Shown: in pieces, positions 35,231 through 45,795 of the stretch | Layout of the letters: each line of letters begins with the position of its first letter | Position numbering within the stretch: the stretch's first letter is position 1 | Source: Dehalococcoidia bacterium | GTDB lineage: Bacteria; Chloroflexota; Dehalococcoidia; DSTF01; JACRBR01 | DNA length: 64,000 nt | Assembly (NCBI GenBank): GCA_040902505.1 | Contig: JBBDXE010000025.1 | Coordinates: 16,221-80,220 of the forward strand | Direction: 5' to 3' | Notes under the pieces: model-generated | What the model was told of the DNA's origin: nothing | Databases searched by the model: none | What the model saw: the letters and a program-made list of their open reading frames with translations, nothing else | Translations under genes and position numbers: made by a program

Positions 35231-35974
35231 ATGCGTCCCATGCGGATCGCTGTGGTGTCGGACGTGCATGCGAATCTCGCGGCGCTGGAGGCGGTGCTGC
35301 GGCACGCGGAGGCGAGCGGGGCGGTGGACGGGGTGTGGTGCCTGGGCGACATCGTGGGCTACGGGCCGGAGCCGGGCGAGGTGATCGCGGAGCTGCGGCG
35401 GCGTGCGCTGGCAGCGGTCGCGGGGAACCACGACCGGGCGGCGTGCGGGCTGATGGACATCGACGACTTCAACCCGTCCGCGGCCTCGGCGGTGCTCTGG
35501 ACGGCGGCGCAGCTGGCGGCGGAAGACCGAGACTTTCTTGCGTTACTGCCGCTGACGCGCGTCGAGGGCGCGTTCACGCTCGTGCACGGGAGCCTGCGGG
35601 CCCCGGAGTGGGAGTACCTGCTGACGCCGGAGCAGGCGGAGGCGCAGCTGGCGCGGCAGGAGACGCCGTACAGCCTGATCGGCCATTCGCACCTGCAGCT
35701 CCGGTTCGAGGAGCGGCCGGGGCGGGAGCCGGAGCTGGTGGAGGCGAGGGATGGGGACTGCGTCGAACTCGGGGCCACGCGGCTCATCCTGAATCCGGGA
35801 GGGTGCGGGCAGCCGCGCGACGGCGACCCGCGCGCGCCGTACGCGCTGTACGATGAGGGCACCGGCACGTTCACCTGGCACCGGGTGGCCTACGAGATCG
35901 GCGCGACGCAGGCGAAGATGCGGGACGCTGGCCTCGACCCGTGGCTGATCGACCGGCTGGCGTTGGGGAGATGA
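35231..35974 (+). CDS. metallophosphoesterase (calcineurin-like, YfcE-type)
   Basis: MRIAVVSDVHANL...CLGDIVGYGP...GNHD...GHSH, the phosphoesterase metal-binding motifs. Confidence 0.75.
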   Translation: MRPMRIAVVSDVHANLAALEAVLRHAEASGAVDGVWCLGDIVGYGPEPGEVIAELRRRALAAVAGNHDRAACGLMDIDDFNPSAASAVLWTAAQLAAEDRDFLALLPLTRVEGAFTLVHGSLRAPEWEYLLTPEQAEAQLARQETPYSLIGHSHLQLRFEERPGREPELVEARDGDCVELGATRLILNPGGCGQPRDGDPRAPYALYDEGTGTFTWHRVAYEIGATQAKMRDAGLDPWLIDRLALGR

Positions 35975-35993
35975 CGATCGTGAGCACAGGGCG

Positions 35994-37088
35994 ATGAGCT
36001 GGACGCTGGTGGGGCAGGAGCGGGCGACGACGGCGCTCTCGGCCGCGGTGAAGAGCGGGCGCGTCGCGCACGCGTACCTTTTCGCGGGGCCGCGACATGT
36101 CGGCAAGTCGCTGGCGGCGATGCAGTTCGCGCAGGCGCTGAACTGCGAGAGCGACGATCCCCCCTGCGGCGGCTGTCGCGCGTGCGAGCGCATCGCGTCG
36201 GGCATGCACCCCGACGTCGAGACGGTGGGGCTGGGCGGCGCGTGCGACGAGGCGGAGCACCGGCACACCGCCGACGACTCGCGCTTCATCAGGATCTGTC
36301 AGGTGCGGCGGCTGGAGCGCATCGTCAGCCGGGCGCCGTTCGAGGGGCGTCAGCGCGTGCTGATCATCGAGCCGGCCGACGCCGTGGGCCCCGAGGCGGC
36401 GGCGGCGCTGCTGAAGACGCTGGAGGAGCCGCCGCCGAACGTCGTCATGGTGCTGTTGACGGACCGCGAGGAAATGCTGCTGGACACGATCCGGTCGCGG
36501 ACGCGGCGGGTGGCGTTCGGCGGGATCCCGCAGGAGAAGGTGGAGCAGGCGCTGCGCAACCGGTGGGACGCGGAGCCGCAGCAGGCGGCGGAGCTGGCGC
36601 GGATGGCCGGGGGGCGGCTGGGGCAGGCGGTGCTGGCCTTGCGCGACCCGGAAGGCGCCGAGCGCCGCGTCGAGGCCCTGAAGAGCGCTGAGGCGATGGC
36701 GCAGGCCCCGCTCAGCGAGCGCTTCGTGTTCGCGGACCGGCTGGGGACCGGATACGGGCGGAATCGCTCCGCCGTGCAGGCGACGCTGGAAGCGTGGCAG
36801 GAGTGGTGGCGGGACGTGCTGCTCGTAGCATCGGGTCGGGAGGAGCAGGCGGTCCACCGGGGGGGATTGGACACGCTGCGGGCGATCGCGGCACAATGCG
36901 GCGCACGCCCGGCGGCGCGCGCCCTGCGCGCCATTACCGATGCGCGACAACAGCTCGAGGAGAACGCGAGCCCGGTGCTCGCCCTCGAGGCGATGATGCT
37001 GACGCTCCCGCGGACGCAACCAAATGCGGTCTCGGAGCGGCTGGCGAGCAGGCAGGGGGGCAACGGCGTGCCATCGCGCGCGCCCTGA
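35994..37088 (+). CDS. holB: DNA polymerase III subunit delta'
   Basis: AYLFAGPRHVGKSLAAMQFAQALNCE (Walker A-like) plus Cys4 zinc module CGGCRAC. Followed by ricT, as in the conserved holB-ricT arrangement. Confidence 0.8.
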   Translation: MSWTLVGQERATTALSAAVKSGRVAHAYLFAGPRHVGKSLAAMQFAQALNCESDDPPCGGCRACERIASGMHPDVETVGLGGACDEAEHRHTADDSRFIRICQVRRLERIVSRAPFEGRQRVLIIEPADAVGPEAAAALLKTLEEPPPNVVMVLLTDREEMLLDTIRSRTRRVAFGGIPQEKVEQALRNRWDAEPQQAAELARMAGGRLGQAVLALRDPEGAERRVEALKSAEAMAQAPLSERFVFADRLGTGYGRNRSAVQATLEAWQEWWRDVLLVASGREEQAVHRGGLDTLRAIAAQCGARPAARALRAITDARQQLEENASPVLALEAMMLTLPRTQPNAVSERLASRQGGNGVPSRAP

Positions 37089-37091
37089 TCC

Positions 37092-38138
37092 ATGTCAGAC
37101 CACCAACGCGTACCGGTCGGCGTACGCTTCAAGGAAGCCGGAAAGATCTACTACTTCGACGCGGGGGAGATCGACCTCGACGTCGGGAATTACGTCGTGG
37201 TCGAGACGTCGCACGGGTTGGAGGTGGGGCGCGTCGTCATCTCCAACGACCAGGTGATCGCCAGCGAGATCACGGAGTCGCTCAAGCCGATCCTGCGCCG
37301 GGCGACGGAGGAGGACCTCTCGCGCTCCCGGGAGCTGCGGGATCGAGCAGCCGGCGACCTCCGCACGGCGAAGCACCTTGCGGCCGAGCAGGATCTGGAC
37401 ATGCAGATCGTGTCCGGGGACTACAACCTCGACGGGTCGCAGATCACGTTCTATTTCACGGCCGCCGACCGGGTCGACTTCCGCTCGCTGGTGCGGGACC
37501 TGTCGGAGCAGGTGGGGGCGAAGGTGCAACTGCTGCAGGTCGGAGAGCGCGACCGTGCCAAGCTCCTCGACGGCTATGACGTGTGCGGGCAGCGGTTGTG
37601 CTGCTCTTCGTGGCAGACGCAGTTCCCCTCGGTGTCGATCAAGATGGCGAAGGAGCAGGATCTGCCGCTGAACCCGCAGAAGATCTCCGGCGTCTGCGGG
37701 CGTCTCTACTGCTGCCTGACGTTCGAGTACGACGCGTACCGGGAGCTGCGGGGGAAGATGCCGAAGGCCGGGAGCATGGTCTCGACGCCGGCCGGCGAGG
37801 CGAAGGTGAACAGCGTGAACGTGCTGAAGAACACGGTCACGCTGTGGTTGCTCGACCAGAAGCAGGTCGTGGAGATGCCCGTCATCGAGCTACAGATGCA
37901 GTACGGGCTGACGGTACGGCCGATGGAGTTGGTGCGCGAGATCGAAGCGCCGCTGAAGGAGCCGCAGGCAGCGGCGAGCGAGCCCGTAGCGCCGGCGGGT
38001 GCGGAGCAGCCAGCATCAGCACCGGGGGGCGAGCAAGCCGTGGACGGAGATGCGCGCCGGCGGCGTCGTGGACGGCGGGGCGGGCGCAACCGGCGGCGTG
38101 GCGGCGGGCCTCCCGCGGGCGGACCTCCGGGGGCGTAG
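37092..38138 (+). CDS. ricT: PSP1 domain protein (RicT/YaaT-like)
   Basis: YYFDAGEIDLDVGNYVVVETSHGLEVGRVV and Cys cluster CGQRLCCSSW...CGRLYCCLTFE. Arg/Gly-rich tail. Confidence 0.8.
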   Translation: MSDHQRVPVGVRFKEAGKIYYFDAGEIDLDVGNYVVVETSHGLEVGRVVISNDQVIASEITESLKPILRRATEEDLSRSRELRDRAAGDLRTAKHLAAEQDLDMQIVSGDYNLDGSQITFYFTAADRVDFRSLVRDLSEQVGAKVQLLQVGERDRAKLLDGYDVCGQRLCCSSWQTQFPSVSIKMAKEQDLPLNPQKISGVCGRLYCCLTFEYDAYRELRGKMPKAGSMVSTPAGEAKVNSVNVLKNTVTLWLLDQKQVVEMPVIELQMQYGLTVRPMELVREIEAPLKEPQAAASEPVAPAGAEQPASAPGGEQAVDGDARRRRRGRRGGRNRRRGGGPPAGGPPGA

Positions 38139-38164
38139 GCGCCCCGGGGGCGTGGGCGCTCCGG

Positions 38165-39007
38165 CTAGAGTGCGCGCTCGGTCAGCACGACGGCCATCAC
38201 CAGCAGGCCTACGGCGACGCGGTAGTACACGAACGGGCGCAGGGTGTTCGCCGTCAGGAAGCGCAGCAGGAATGCGATGGCGGCGTAGCCGACGATCCCC
38301 GCGCAGACGAAGCCCGTCGCGAAGAACGCCAGATCCTCGCCACCCAGCGTGCCCTCCGCAAGGTCGCGGGCGAACTTCCACACCTCCGTGGAGCCGGCGC
38401 CGGCGATGATGGGCGCGGAGAGCAGGAACGCATAGTCGGCCGAGGCGCGGCGCTCGACGTCACGGAAGAGGCCGGCGCTAATGGTCGCGCCGGAACGGGA
38501 GACGCCCGGGACCAGGGCCAGCGCCTGGGCGAAGCCGACGATGAGAGCGTCGATCCAGGTGAGGGCGGCGATCGTGCGGGTGCGACGGCCGACGGCCTCG
38601 GCGGCGAGGAAGACGGCGCTGAAGGCGATGAGCATCGACGCCACGAGGAGCGGTGAGCGGAAGGCGTCCTCGATCTGGTCCTGCAGCAGGAAACCGATAA
38701 TGGCGGCGGGGACGGTGCCGAGCACGATCAGCCAGGCGAGGCGCCCGTCGTCATCCGCGAAGCTGCGGCGGGCGACGGCCTGCAGGCCGCCCCGCGCGAG
38801 ACGCAGCCACCTCCCGCCGTAGAACCAGAGCAACGCTGTCAGCGTGCCCATGTGGAGGGCGGCATCGAAGGTGAGGCCGTAGCGGTCCTGGTCGACGTCG
38901 AGCAGGTCTTCGACGAGGATGAGGTGGCCGGTAGAGGAGACGGGGAGGAACTCCGTGAGCCCCTGCACGATGCCCAGGACCGCGGCCTTGAGCAGATCCT
39001 CGAGCAC
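38165..39007 (-). CDS. uppP: undecaprenyl-diphosphate phosphatase
   Basis: AVLGIVQGLTEFLPVSSTGHL and PGVSRSGATI, the BacA/UppP signatures. Eight TM segments. Confidence 0.9.
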   Translation of the reverse strand: MLEDLLKAAVLGIVQGLTEFLPVSSTGHLILVEDLLDVDQDRYGLTFDAALHMGTLTALLWFYGGRWLRLARGGLQAVARRSFADDDGRLAWLIVLGTVPAAIIGFLLQDQIEDAFRSPLLVASMLIAFSAVFLAAEAVGRRTRTIAALTWIDALIVGFAQALALVPGVSRSGATISAGLFRDVERRASADYAFLLSAPIIAGAGSTEVWKFARDLAEGTLGGEDLAFFATGFVCAGIVGYAAIAFLLRFLTANTLRPFVYYRVAVGLLVMAVVLTERAL

Positions 39008-39955
39008 CTATGTCTTCGATCCGCGGGTACGGGGGTCGAGGGCGTCGCGGAGGCCGTCGCCGACGAAGGTGAAGGAGAGCATGAGGACGGCGACGGCGGC
39101 GGCGGGGAAGACGACGTTCCAGGCGTTGCGGTTGACGAATGCGTAGCCGGACGCCACGAGGGTGCCCAGGCTGACGTCGGGGGGCGGCACGCCGAACCCG
39201 ACGAACCCGAGGGCGGCCTCGGCGAAGATGGCGTGGGGGATGCCGAAGGTGATGGCGACGATGACGGGGCCGAGCGTGTTCGGCAGCATGTGCTGGAAGA
39301 CGACGCGGGTGCGGGTGGCGCCCAGGGCCCGGGCGGCGATCACGAAGTCGCGCTCCGTGAGCGAGAGCATCTGTCCGCGCACGAGGCGCGCGATGATCGT
39401 CCAGTTCACCATAGCGATGGCGACGATGATGAGGAGCTTCGGGCTGCTGACGATGGGCAGATCCCGGCGCAGGAGGATCTCGCGGATGAGGATGATAAAC
39501 AGCAGGTCGGGAAAGGCGAAGGTGATGTCGGTCAGGCGCATCAGCAGATTGTCCGCGAGCTTGCCGCCGAGGATCGCGCCAGCCCCGACCAAGACACCGG
39601 TGATCAGCACGAGGATCTGCGTGCCCAGTCCGATCTGGAGCGAGACGCGGACGCCTTCCAGAACGCGCGCCCACAGGTCGCGGCCGAGCTGGTCGGTGCC
39701 GAACCAGTGGTCCCAGCTGGGGCCTGCCTGCCGCGTCGTCCGATCGATCTCGGTGGCCTCGTAGCGGCCGGTGATCCAGACGTCGGAGCCAAGGACCGCG
39801 ATCAGCGCCACCAGCGCCAGGACGACGAGTCCGACGACGGCCAGCCGGTTGCGGATGAGCCGCCGCCAGGCGTCGGACCAGAGTCCGCGTTGTCTTCGGA
39901 ACTCCAGCACTTCTCCGGGCGGGTTGGCCTCGACGGCGGCGGTGATGGTGGCCAT
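39008..39955 (-). CDS. ABC transporter permease (DppC/OppC-like, peptide/nickel family)
   Basis: Binding-protein-dependent transport motif AARALGATRTRVVFQHMLPN (EAA loop). ATGA overlap with the upstream permease. Confidence 0.85.
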   Translation of the reverse strand: MATITAAVEANPPGEVLEFRRQRGLWSDAWRRLIRNRLAVVGLVVLALVALIAVLGSDVWITGRYEATEIDRTTRQAGPSWDHWFGTDQLGRDLWARVLEGVRVSLQIGLGTQILVLITGVLVGAGAILGGKLADNLLMRLTDITFAFPDLLFIILIREILLRRDLPIVSSPKLLIIVAIAMVNWTIIARLVRGQMLSLTERDFVIAARALGATRTRVVFQHMLPNTLGPVIVAITFGIPHAIFAEAALGFVGFGVPPPDVSLGTLVASGYAFVNRNAWNVVFPAAAVAVLMLSFTFVGDGLRDALDPRTRGSKT

Positions 39956-40914
39956 CAGCGATACCTGATCCGCGGGTCGACGACGGCGTACATGAGGTCG
40001 ACAACGAGGTTGGCCATGATGATGATGACGGTGTAGAGCAGGGTGACACCCATGATGAGGGAGTAGTCGCGGCGGCCGATCGAGTCGATGAACAGGCGTC
40101 CGACGCCGGGTATGAGGAACATGGACTCGAGGATGAACGAGCCGGTGAGCAGCGCCGCGGACAGCGGGCCAACGACGGTCAGCACGGGGATGAGCGCATT
40201 CTTGACGGTGTGGCGGAAGACGACGCGAGTCTCCGAGAGCCCCTTGGCGCGCGCGGTGCGGATGTAGTCCTGGTTGAGCACTTCCAGCATGGCCGCGCGG
40301 GTGACCCGCGCGATGTACGCGGCGGGGAGCCCGGCCAAGGCGATGACGGGGATGATGACCTTGCGCCAGTCCCAGTAGGCCGAGTCGAAGAACAGCTCGG
40401 GCTGAGGCGGACCACCCCAACCGACGATCTTGAGCCAGCCGAGGTTCACGGCAAAGATGATGGAGAGGAAGGTGGCCAGGATGAAGTGGGGCACGCTGGC
40501 GCCCAGCGTCGCGAAGGCCACGCCCAGATAGTCGAGCGGGCCGTTGTGGTTCAGCGCCGAGAGGGTACCGAGCGTCAGCCCCACGACCAGCGCCAGCAGG
40601 ATGGCCATCACGCCGAACTGGACCGTCACGAAGAAGCTGTCCGAGAGCACATCGGTCACGTCGCGGTCGTACTGGATCGAGAAGCCCAGGTCACCGTGGG
40701 AGATGTTCCAAAGGTAGAGGCCGTATTGCTCCGGGAGCGACTTGTCGAGGCCGTAGCGCTGATTGAGGTTCTGTTGTATGGCTTCGGGGATGTCCTTGTC
40801 CTGGGTGAAGGGGCCACCGGGGATGGCGTGCATGAGTAAGAACGTGATGGTGGCGACCGCCCAGAGGACGGGGAACACCACCAGTATGCGACGAAAGGCG
40901 TAGCCGGTCATCTG
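39955..40914 (-). CDS. ABC transporter permease (DppB/OppB-like)
   Basis: MTGYAFRRILVVFPVLWAVATITFLLMHAIPGGPF N-terminus and EAA loop ARAKGLSETRVVFRHTVKNAL. Confidence 0.85.
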   Translation of the reverse strand, partial: QMTGYAFRRILVVFPVLWAVATITFLLMHAIPGGPFTQDKDIPEAIQQNLNQRYGLDKSLPEQYGLYLWNISHGDLGFSIQYDRDVTDVLSDSFFVTVQFGVMAILLALVVGLTLGTLSALNHNGPLDYLGVAFATLGASVPHFILATFLSIIFAVNLGWLKIVGWGGPPQPELFFDSAYWDWRKVIIPVIALAGLPAAYIARVTRAAMLEVLNQDYIRTARAKGLSETRVVFRHTVKNALIPVLTVVGPLSAALLTGSFILESMFLIPGVGRLFIDSIGRRDYSLIMGVTLLYTVIIIMANLVVDLMYAVVDPRIRYR

Positions 40915-40973
40915 GTTGGACACCGGCGGGGAGGCGGCGCATCGCCGCCTCCCCGTTCCGGCTTCCCTGGGCC

Positions 40974-42689
40974 TTACTCGGCCTTCACGAACCAGCACTC
41001 CACGCAGGCATTGCCGGCCATGCCGGCATCGATCACGCCGTTAGCGGTTACGCCACCGATGGTGGAGCGAACCATGAACGGCTGGGCGAGCTGCGTAATC
41101 GGCGTTGTGCCGCAGAGCTTGGTGACGACCAGTGTCTCGACCTCCTGGTAGGCCGCGATGCGGGCCTCTTCGGTCGTGGCAGCGATCGCCTCGTCGAAGG
41201 CGGCGTCGATGTCCGTGTCGGAGCAGTTGTAGTGGTTATTCCCACCCCCGGTGTTGAAGAGACCGAGCAGGGGGTTTTCGATATCCGGGTAGTCGGTTTG
41301 CCAGCCGCCACGGAACAGCTGGAAGTCCTCGGTGTTGAACCGCGATGAGCGTGTGGGGCCGTCGACGAACTCGGCCTCGACGGTGATGCCCAGCACGTCC
41401 TGCCACCCCTGCTGCAGGAAGTCGAACAGGTTGCGCTGCACGGGGTCATCGCGCATGACGATGCTGAGGGTCGGGAAGCCCTGGCCGCCGGGGTAACCGG
41501 CATCGGACAGCGCTTGCTGCGCGGCGGCCTCGTCGAACCCGATGATCGGGTCGAACGGTTCGTTCCCCTGGAATCCGGTGAGCCCCCGGACGATCCAGTA
41601 GGTAGCCGGCGTGCTCACACCGTCGTAGATGACCTCGTTCAGGGTCTCGCGGTCGATGGCGCGCGCGAGGGCGAGCCGCACGTTGGGTTCCGCGAGCGTC
41701 GGGTCGGCGAGGTTCATGTGGATTGCGTCGATACGGGAACTCTGCAGCAAGATGAGCTGCGGGTCGTCCGCGACGGTCACGACGTCGGTCTCCTGGATCC
41801 GCGTCATGTCCAGCTCATCCGTCTGGAAGGCGCGGAAAGCGGCGGAGAAGTCATCGTAGAAGCGGATGGTGATCTCCTGGATCGCCGGGGTTTGTCCGGC
41901 GGTCCAGTTCTCGTTCGGCACCAGGACGGCCCGGTCGCCGGGGATCACCTGCGACAGGGTGTAGGGTCCGTTGGTGACAATGTTCCCGGGGTCAGTCCAG
42001 GCCTGGCCGAACTCCTCGATCACGTCCTGCCGCGCGGGGAAGGTCACCCAGAGCGCAGCGATGGTGGTGAACCGCCCGTTCGGCTGGTTGAGCTCGACGA
42101 CGAACGTGGTGTCGTCCGTAGCCGAAACGGCGACCGCGGCGAGCAGCGCCTGCTGCTGCGCCGCGTCTTCGTTAGTCAGGGATTCGTTGCAGCCCGCGAC
42201 GTCGAGGAAGCCTTCCCCGAGCAGGTAGCCGTAGGTGGCGGCGACCGTGGGGTCACAGCCGCGCCGCCAGCCGTACACGAAGTCGGCGGCGGTTAGCGGT
42301 TCGCCGTCCGACCACTTGAGCCCGGATTTCAGCGTGATGGTGTATGTGTTGCCGTCTATGACGGGATCCGACGCCGCCATCATCGGCACGACCTCGACGC
42401 CGCCCTCGCCGTCATCGACGAGGTTGTAGAGGCCACGGAAGAGCATGCGCTCGACGCCGATGTCCTGCTCGAAGTTCGAGCGGTGGGGGTCGTAGAGTTC
42501 GGGTTCGACGGACTGGATGGTGATCTTCTGCTGGTCGGCGGGCGCCTGGCCGCCCGTTGCGCTGGTGGCGGCCGGGGTCGCCCCTCCGCCGTCGCCGTCG
42601 TCATCGTCGTCGCCGCAGGCCGCGCCGAAAGTCAGCACGACCGAGAGCAGCCCCGCGAAGAGCAGGAACCACCTGTTTCGTATGTTCAC
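40974..42689 (-). CDS. ABC transporter substrate-binding protein, family 5 (peptide/nickel), lipoprotein
   Basis: GTG start after GGAGGG. Signal/lipobox LLSVVLTFGAACGDD. Typical SBP_bac_5 length and WSDGEP, GPY motifs. Confidence 0.85.
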   Translation of the reverse strand: MNIRNRWFLLFAGLLSVVLTFGAACGDDDDDGDGGGATPAATSATGGQAPADQQKITIQSVEPELYDPHRSNFEQDIGVERMLFRGLYNLVDDGEGGVEVVPMMAASDPVIDGNTYTITLKSGLKWSDGEPLTAADFVYGWRRGCDPTVAATYGYLLGEGFLDVAGCNESLTNEDAAQQQALLAAVAVSATDDTTFVVELNQPNGRFTTIAALWVTFPARQDVIEEFGQAWTDPGNIVTNGPYTLSQVIPGDRAVLVPNENWTAGQTPAIQEITIRFYDDFSAAFRAFQTDELDMTRIQETDVVTVADDPQLILLQSSRIDAIHMNLADPTLAEPNVRLALARAIDRETLNEVIYDGVSTPATYWIVRGLTGFQGNEPFDPIIGFDEAAAQQALSDAGYPGGQGFPTLSIVMRDDPVQRNLFDFLQQGWQDVLGITVEAEFVDGPTRSSRFNTEDFQLFRGGWQTDYPDIENPLLGLFNTGGGNNHYNCSDTDIDAAFDEAIAATTEEARIAAYQEVETLVVTKLCGTTPITQLAQPFMVRSTIGGVTANGVIDAGMAGNACVECWFVKAE

Positions 42690-43092
42690 GTTTTCCCTCC
42701 CTGGAACGGCATGGCGGGGAGCCCTGCCGTTTTTCATCCTCCAACGGAATCCGAGTTGGTTATCGAGACTGCGGGTTTCGGTCTCGGCCCACCTCCTCAC
42801 GCATTGAGAGCCCCCCAACTGTTAAGCCGCATGGATCGTATCAGCCGGTGTCAAGGGCGGGCAATTCGGAGGCGGCGACCGCAGCTATACCTCACGTTCT
42901 GGTTACGTTGACGGGTGCGTCTTTAGATTCGGCACGCCGGGGCGGAGAATCCACCCCTCGGCGGCCTTCGGAGGCGTCCATAGAGTCGAAGAGGAGGCCG
43001 TGCGGGGCGGTGCGGCAGGCGGGGACGGCGCTGTATGCTTGCCTCGCCCGCCACAGGACGCCGATCCGGACGAGACTCGGAGGCCCGCGACC

Positions 43093-44343
43093 ATGCCCAC
43101 CGCCACGAAGGACCTGTACGAGCTTGGGGAGACGCCGCCGCTCGGGCACGTGCCGCCGAAGATGCATGCCATGACCATCCGGCGGGAGAACTTCGGCGCC
43201 CCGGAGAGCGCCTTCCGGGCCGAGGTCGTCGACACGCCGCAGCCGGGCCCGCGCGAGGTGCTGGTCTACGTGCTGGCGGCGGGGGTGAACTACAACAACG
43301 TGTGGGCGGCGCTGGGCATCCCTGTCGACGTGGTGCGGGTGCACGCGCAGTCCGGCGACGACTCCGGCTTCCACATCGGCGGGAGCGACGCGTCCGGGAT
43401 CGTCTACGCCGTGGGCGAGCGCGTCACGAACGTGAAGGCCGGCGACGAGGTGGTCATCCACTGCGGCGCCTGGGACCCGGAAGCGCCGGACGTGAAAGCG
43501 TCGGAGGACCCGATGTTCGCGCGGTCGTTCCAGATCTGGGGGTATGAGACGAACTGGGGGAGTTTCGCGCAGTTCACGAAGGTGTGGGCGCACCAGTGCA
43601 TGCCGAAGGCGAAGCACCTGACGTGGGAGGAGGCGGCGGCGCCGACGCTCGTGGGCTCGACCGTACAGCGGATGCTCACGCACTGGACGCCGCACAACGT
43701 CCGGCAGGGCGACGTGGTGCTGGTGTGGGGCACGGGGGGCCTGGGGTCGATGGCGATCCAGATCACGCGGGCGCTGGGCGGCACGCCGGTGGCGGTCGTC
43801 TCGAGCGAGGCGAAGGGCGAGTACGCGAAGAAGCTGGGCGCGGCGGCGTGGGTGAACCGCAAGGACTTCCACCACTGGGGCCTGATGCCGCACTGGCAGG
43901 ACGAGGCGAAGTACAACGAGTGGATCACGAGCGTGCGCGGCTTCCAGAAGGCAATCTGGGACGCCATCGGGGAGAGGCGCAGCCCGCGCATCGTCTTCGA
44001 GCATCCGGGGGAGGACACGATCCCGACGTCGATCGTCGTCGCGGACACGGGGGGGATGGTGGTGATCTGCGCCGGGACGACGGGCTACAGCGCCGGCGTC
44101 GACCTGCGGTATCTGTGGATGCGGCAGAAGCGGCTACAGGGCTCGCACTTCGCGAACGACGATGAAGCGTACGCGTTCAACCGGCTGGTGGTCGACGGAA
44201 AGATCGACCCGTGCCTGGCGCGGACGTTCAGGTTCGAGGAGACGGGGCTGTGCCATCAGCTGATGTACGAGGGGAAGAATCCCGAGGGGAACATGGCGAT
44301 CCTCGTGGGGGCGCCACGTGAGGGGATGAAGGACGTCCCGTAG
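43093..44343 (+). CDS. ccr: crotonyl-CoA carboxylase/reductase family enoyl reductase
   Basis: [46 protein letters not shown] (NADPH loop) are distinctive for the Ccr clade of MDR reductases. Confidence 0.8.
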   Translation: MPTATKDLYELGETPPLGHVPPKMHAMTIRRENFGAPESAFRAEVVDTPQPGPREVLVYVLAAGVNYNNVWAALGIPVDVVRVHAQSGDDSGFHIGGSDASGIVYAVGERVTNVKAGDEVVIHCGAWDPEAPDVKASEDPMFARSFQIWGYETNWGSFAQFTKVWAHQCMPKAKHLTWEEAAAPTLVGSTVQRMLTHWTPHNVRQGDVVLVWGTGGLGSMAIQITRALGGTPVAVVSSEAKGEYAKKLGAAAWVNRKDFHHWGLMPHWQDEAKYNEWITSVRGFQKAIWDAIGERRSPRIVFEHPGEDTIPTSIVVADTGGMVVICAGTTGYSAGVDLRYLWMRQKRLQGSHFANDDEAYAFNRLVVDGKIDPCLARTFRFEETGLCHQLMYEGKNPEGNMAILVGAPREGMKDVP

Positions 44344-44502
44344 CTGTCGCGCCTGGCTCCACACCACTGGCAGGGCGCCTTTTGCCGCGCCACCCCCGCC
44401 CACCTTACTCCCTGCCCCTTCCCTGGAAGGAGGAAGGGGGACTCCGCTACGTTGCACGGAACGTAAGCCGGGCGATTGTCGCCGGATCGCGTGCCGCATA
44501 GG

Positions 44503-45411
44503 ATGGCGGCGATGACGTCCTGTGTGCTGGTCCACAATCCAGTGTCCCGTGCGTCGATGCGGCGGGAGCAGATCAACGACGTGATAGCGATCGCGCGGAT
44601 CGCGGGCTGGCGCGTCACGCCACGGACGACGGATGCCGCGGGGCACGCGACGGCGCTCGCCCGGGAGGCGGCGGAGCATGAGGTGGACGTGCTGCTGGTG
44701 AACGGCGGCGACGGCACGGTCAACGAGGTGGTGAACGGGCTGGCGGGGACGCGGACGGCGCTGGCGGTGCTGCCGGGGGGGACGGCGAACGTCTGGGCGA
44801 AGGAGATCGGGTTGAGCCGGAAGCCGATGCACGCGCTGCGGGCGGCGCTGGACGGGGAGCGGAGGAGCGTCGACCTGGGGCGGGCGGGGGAGCGCTACTT
44901 CCTGCTGATGGCGGGCGTGGGGCTCGACGCGGAGATCGTGCCGCGCGTGGGGTCCCGGCTGAAGCGGCGGGCAGGCGCGCTGGCGTACATCACCGCGGGG
45001 GCAGGGCCGGCGCTGCGGGGGAAGAGTCACGCCACGCGGATGACGATCGATGGGGCGGCGAAGGAGACGGGGCTGCACTGGATGATCGTCGGGAACACGC
45101 GGTCGTACGGGGGGCTGGTGCGGATCACGCATCGCGCGACGGTTACGGACGGGCGGCTGGACATGGCGCTGATGCACCGGGGGGGGATCCGGCGGCTGAT
45201 CGTCGACGGGGTGCGGGTGCTGCGGGGGCGTCACGAGCGTTCGCTGAATGTGACGTATGTGCAGGCGGCGTCGATCGACGTGGAGACGGCGGGGATCCCG
45301 GTACAGGTTGACGGCGAAGCGCACGGGGTGACGCCGATGCGCTTCGAGGCGGTGCCGGGGGCGCTGGAGGTGATCGTGCCGGTGGGACTGCGGAGTCCAT
45401 TGTTTGGGTAG
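44503..45411 (+). CDS. diacylglycerol-kinase-family lipid kinase (YegS/DagK-like)
   Basis: VDVLLVNGGDGTVNEVVNGL...LAVLPGGTANVWA...MAGVGLDAEIV, the DAGK_cat signature. The start could be 44476, 44503 or 44512. Confidence 0.8.
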   Translation: MAAMTSCVLVHNPVSRASMRREQINDVIAIARIAGWRVTPRTTDAAGHATALAREAAEHEVDVLLVNGGDGTVNEVVNGLAGTRTALAVLPGGTANVWAKEIGLSRKPMHALRAALDGERRSVDLGRAGERYFLLMAGVGLDAEIVPRVGSRLKRRAGALAYITAGAGPALRGKSHATRMTIDGAAKETGLHWMIVGNTRSYGGLVRITHRATVTDGRLDMALMHRGGIRRLIVDGVRVLRGRHERSLNVTYVQAASIDVETAGIPVQVDGEAHGVTPMRFEAVPGALEVIVPVGLRSPLFG

Positions 45412-45550
45412 CGGTCGGTCGGTCAGTCAGCGGGTCGTGTAGGGGCGCTGCTTGCCGCGCCGGTGTATGCGCGTGCCGGAGATCCGTGCAGGCGGATCAG
45501 ATCCTTCGCTTCGCTCAGGATGACAATTCGACACTCAGGATGACAGTGCG
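45411..45550. repeat. dispersed intergenic element, copy A: (CGGTCAGTC)-rich head plus GGATCAGATCCTTCGCTTCGCTCAGGATGACA core, with duplicated CTCAGGATGACA
   Basis: gcggtcggtcggtcagtcagcgggtcg...ggatcagatccttcgcttcgctcaggatgacaattcgacactcaggatgaca. Starts at the stop codon of the 44503-45411 CDS. Confidence 0.6.
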
Positions 45551-45633
45551 GCGGCGGCCACAAGATGCACGACGGCTCCGCGTGTGGCGGAGCCGTCGAG
45601 GGGATCACGCTGCCTGATTCGCTTGGACTCGGG

Positions 45634-45795
45634 CTAGCCCTGCGGTTGCGGGACGTAGCTGGAGCCGAACTCGTCGTCGTCCTTGCTCCGGAAGAACTTC
45701 AAGGCGCCATATGCAGCCGCCGCGAAGCCCAGGAGCACCACGATCTTCTTCAATCCCGTCACCTCCTTGACGATGCCGTGCGTGGGGTGAGACAT
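45634..45795 (-). CDS. small membrane protein (about 40-53 aa)
   Basis: Strong Shine-Dalgarno sequence AAGGAGGTGA placed 6 nt before TTG-AAG-AAG (LKKIVVLLGFAAAAYGALKFFRSKDDDEFGSSYVPQPQG). An upstream in-frame ATG (MSHPTHG...) is also possible. One TM helix. Confidence 0.3.
   Translation of the reverse strand: MSHPTHGIVKEVTGLKKIVVLLGFAAAAYGALKFFRSKDDDEFGSSYVPQPQG

Noticed and set aside
38751-40172. 473-aa and 394-aa ORFs overlapping the ABC permease genes
   Set aside because: The permease frames have TM helices and EAA loops. The competing frames are Arg/Pro/His-rich.
44134-45324. 396-aa minus-strand ORF opposite the lipid kinase and ccr 3' end
   Set aside because: Pro/Arg/His-rich, and antisense to a gene with DAGK catalytic motifs.
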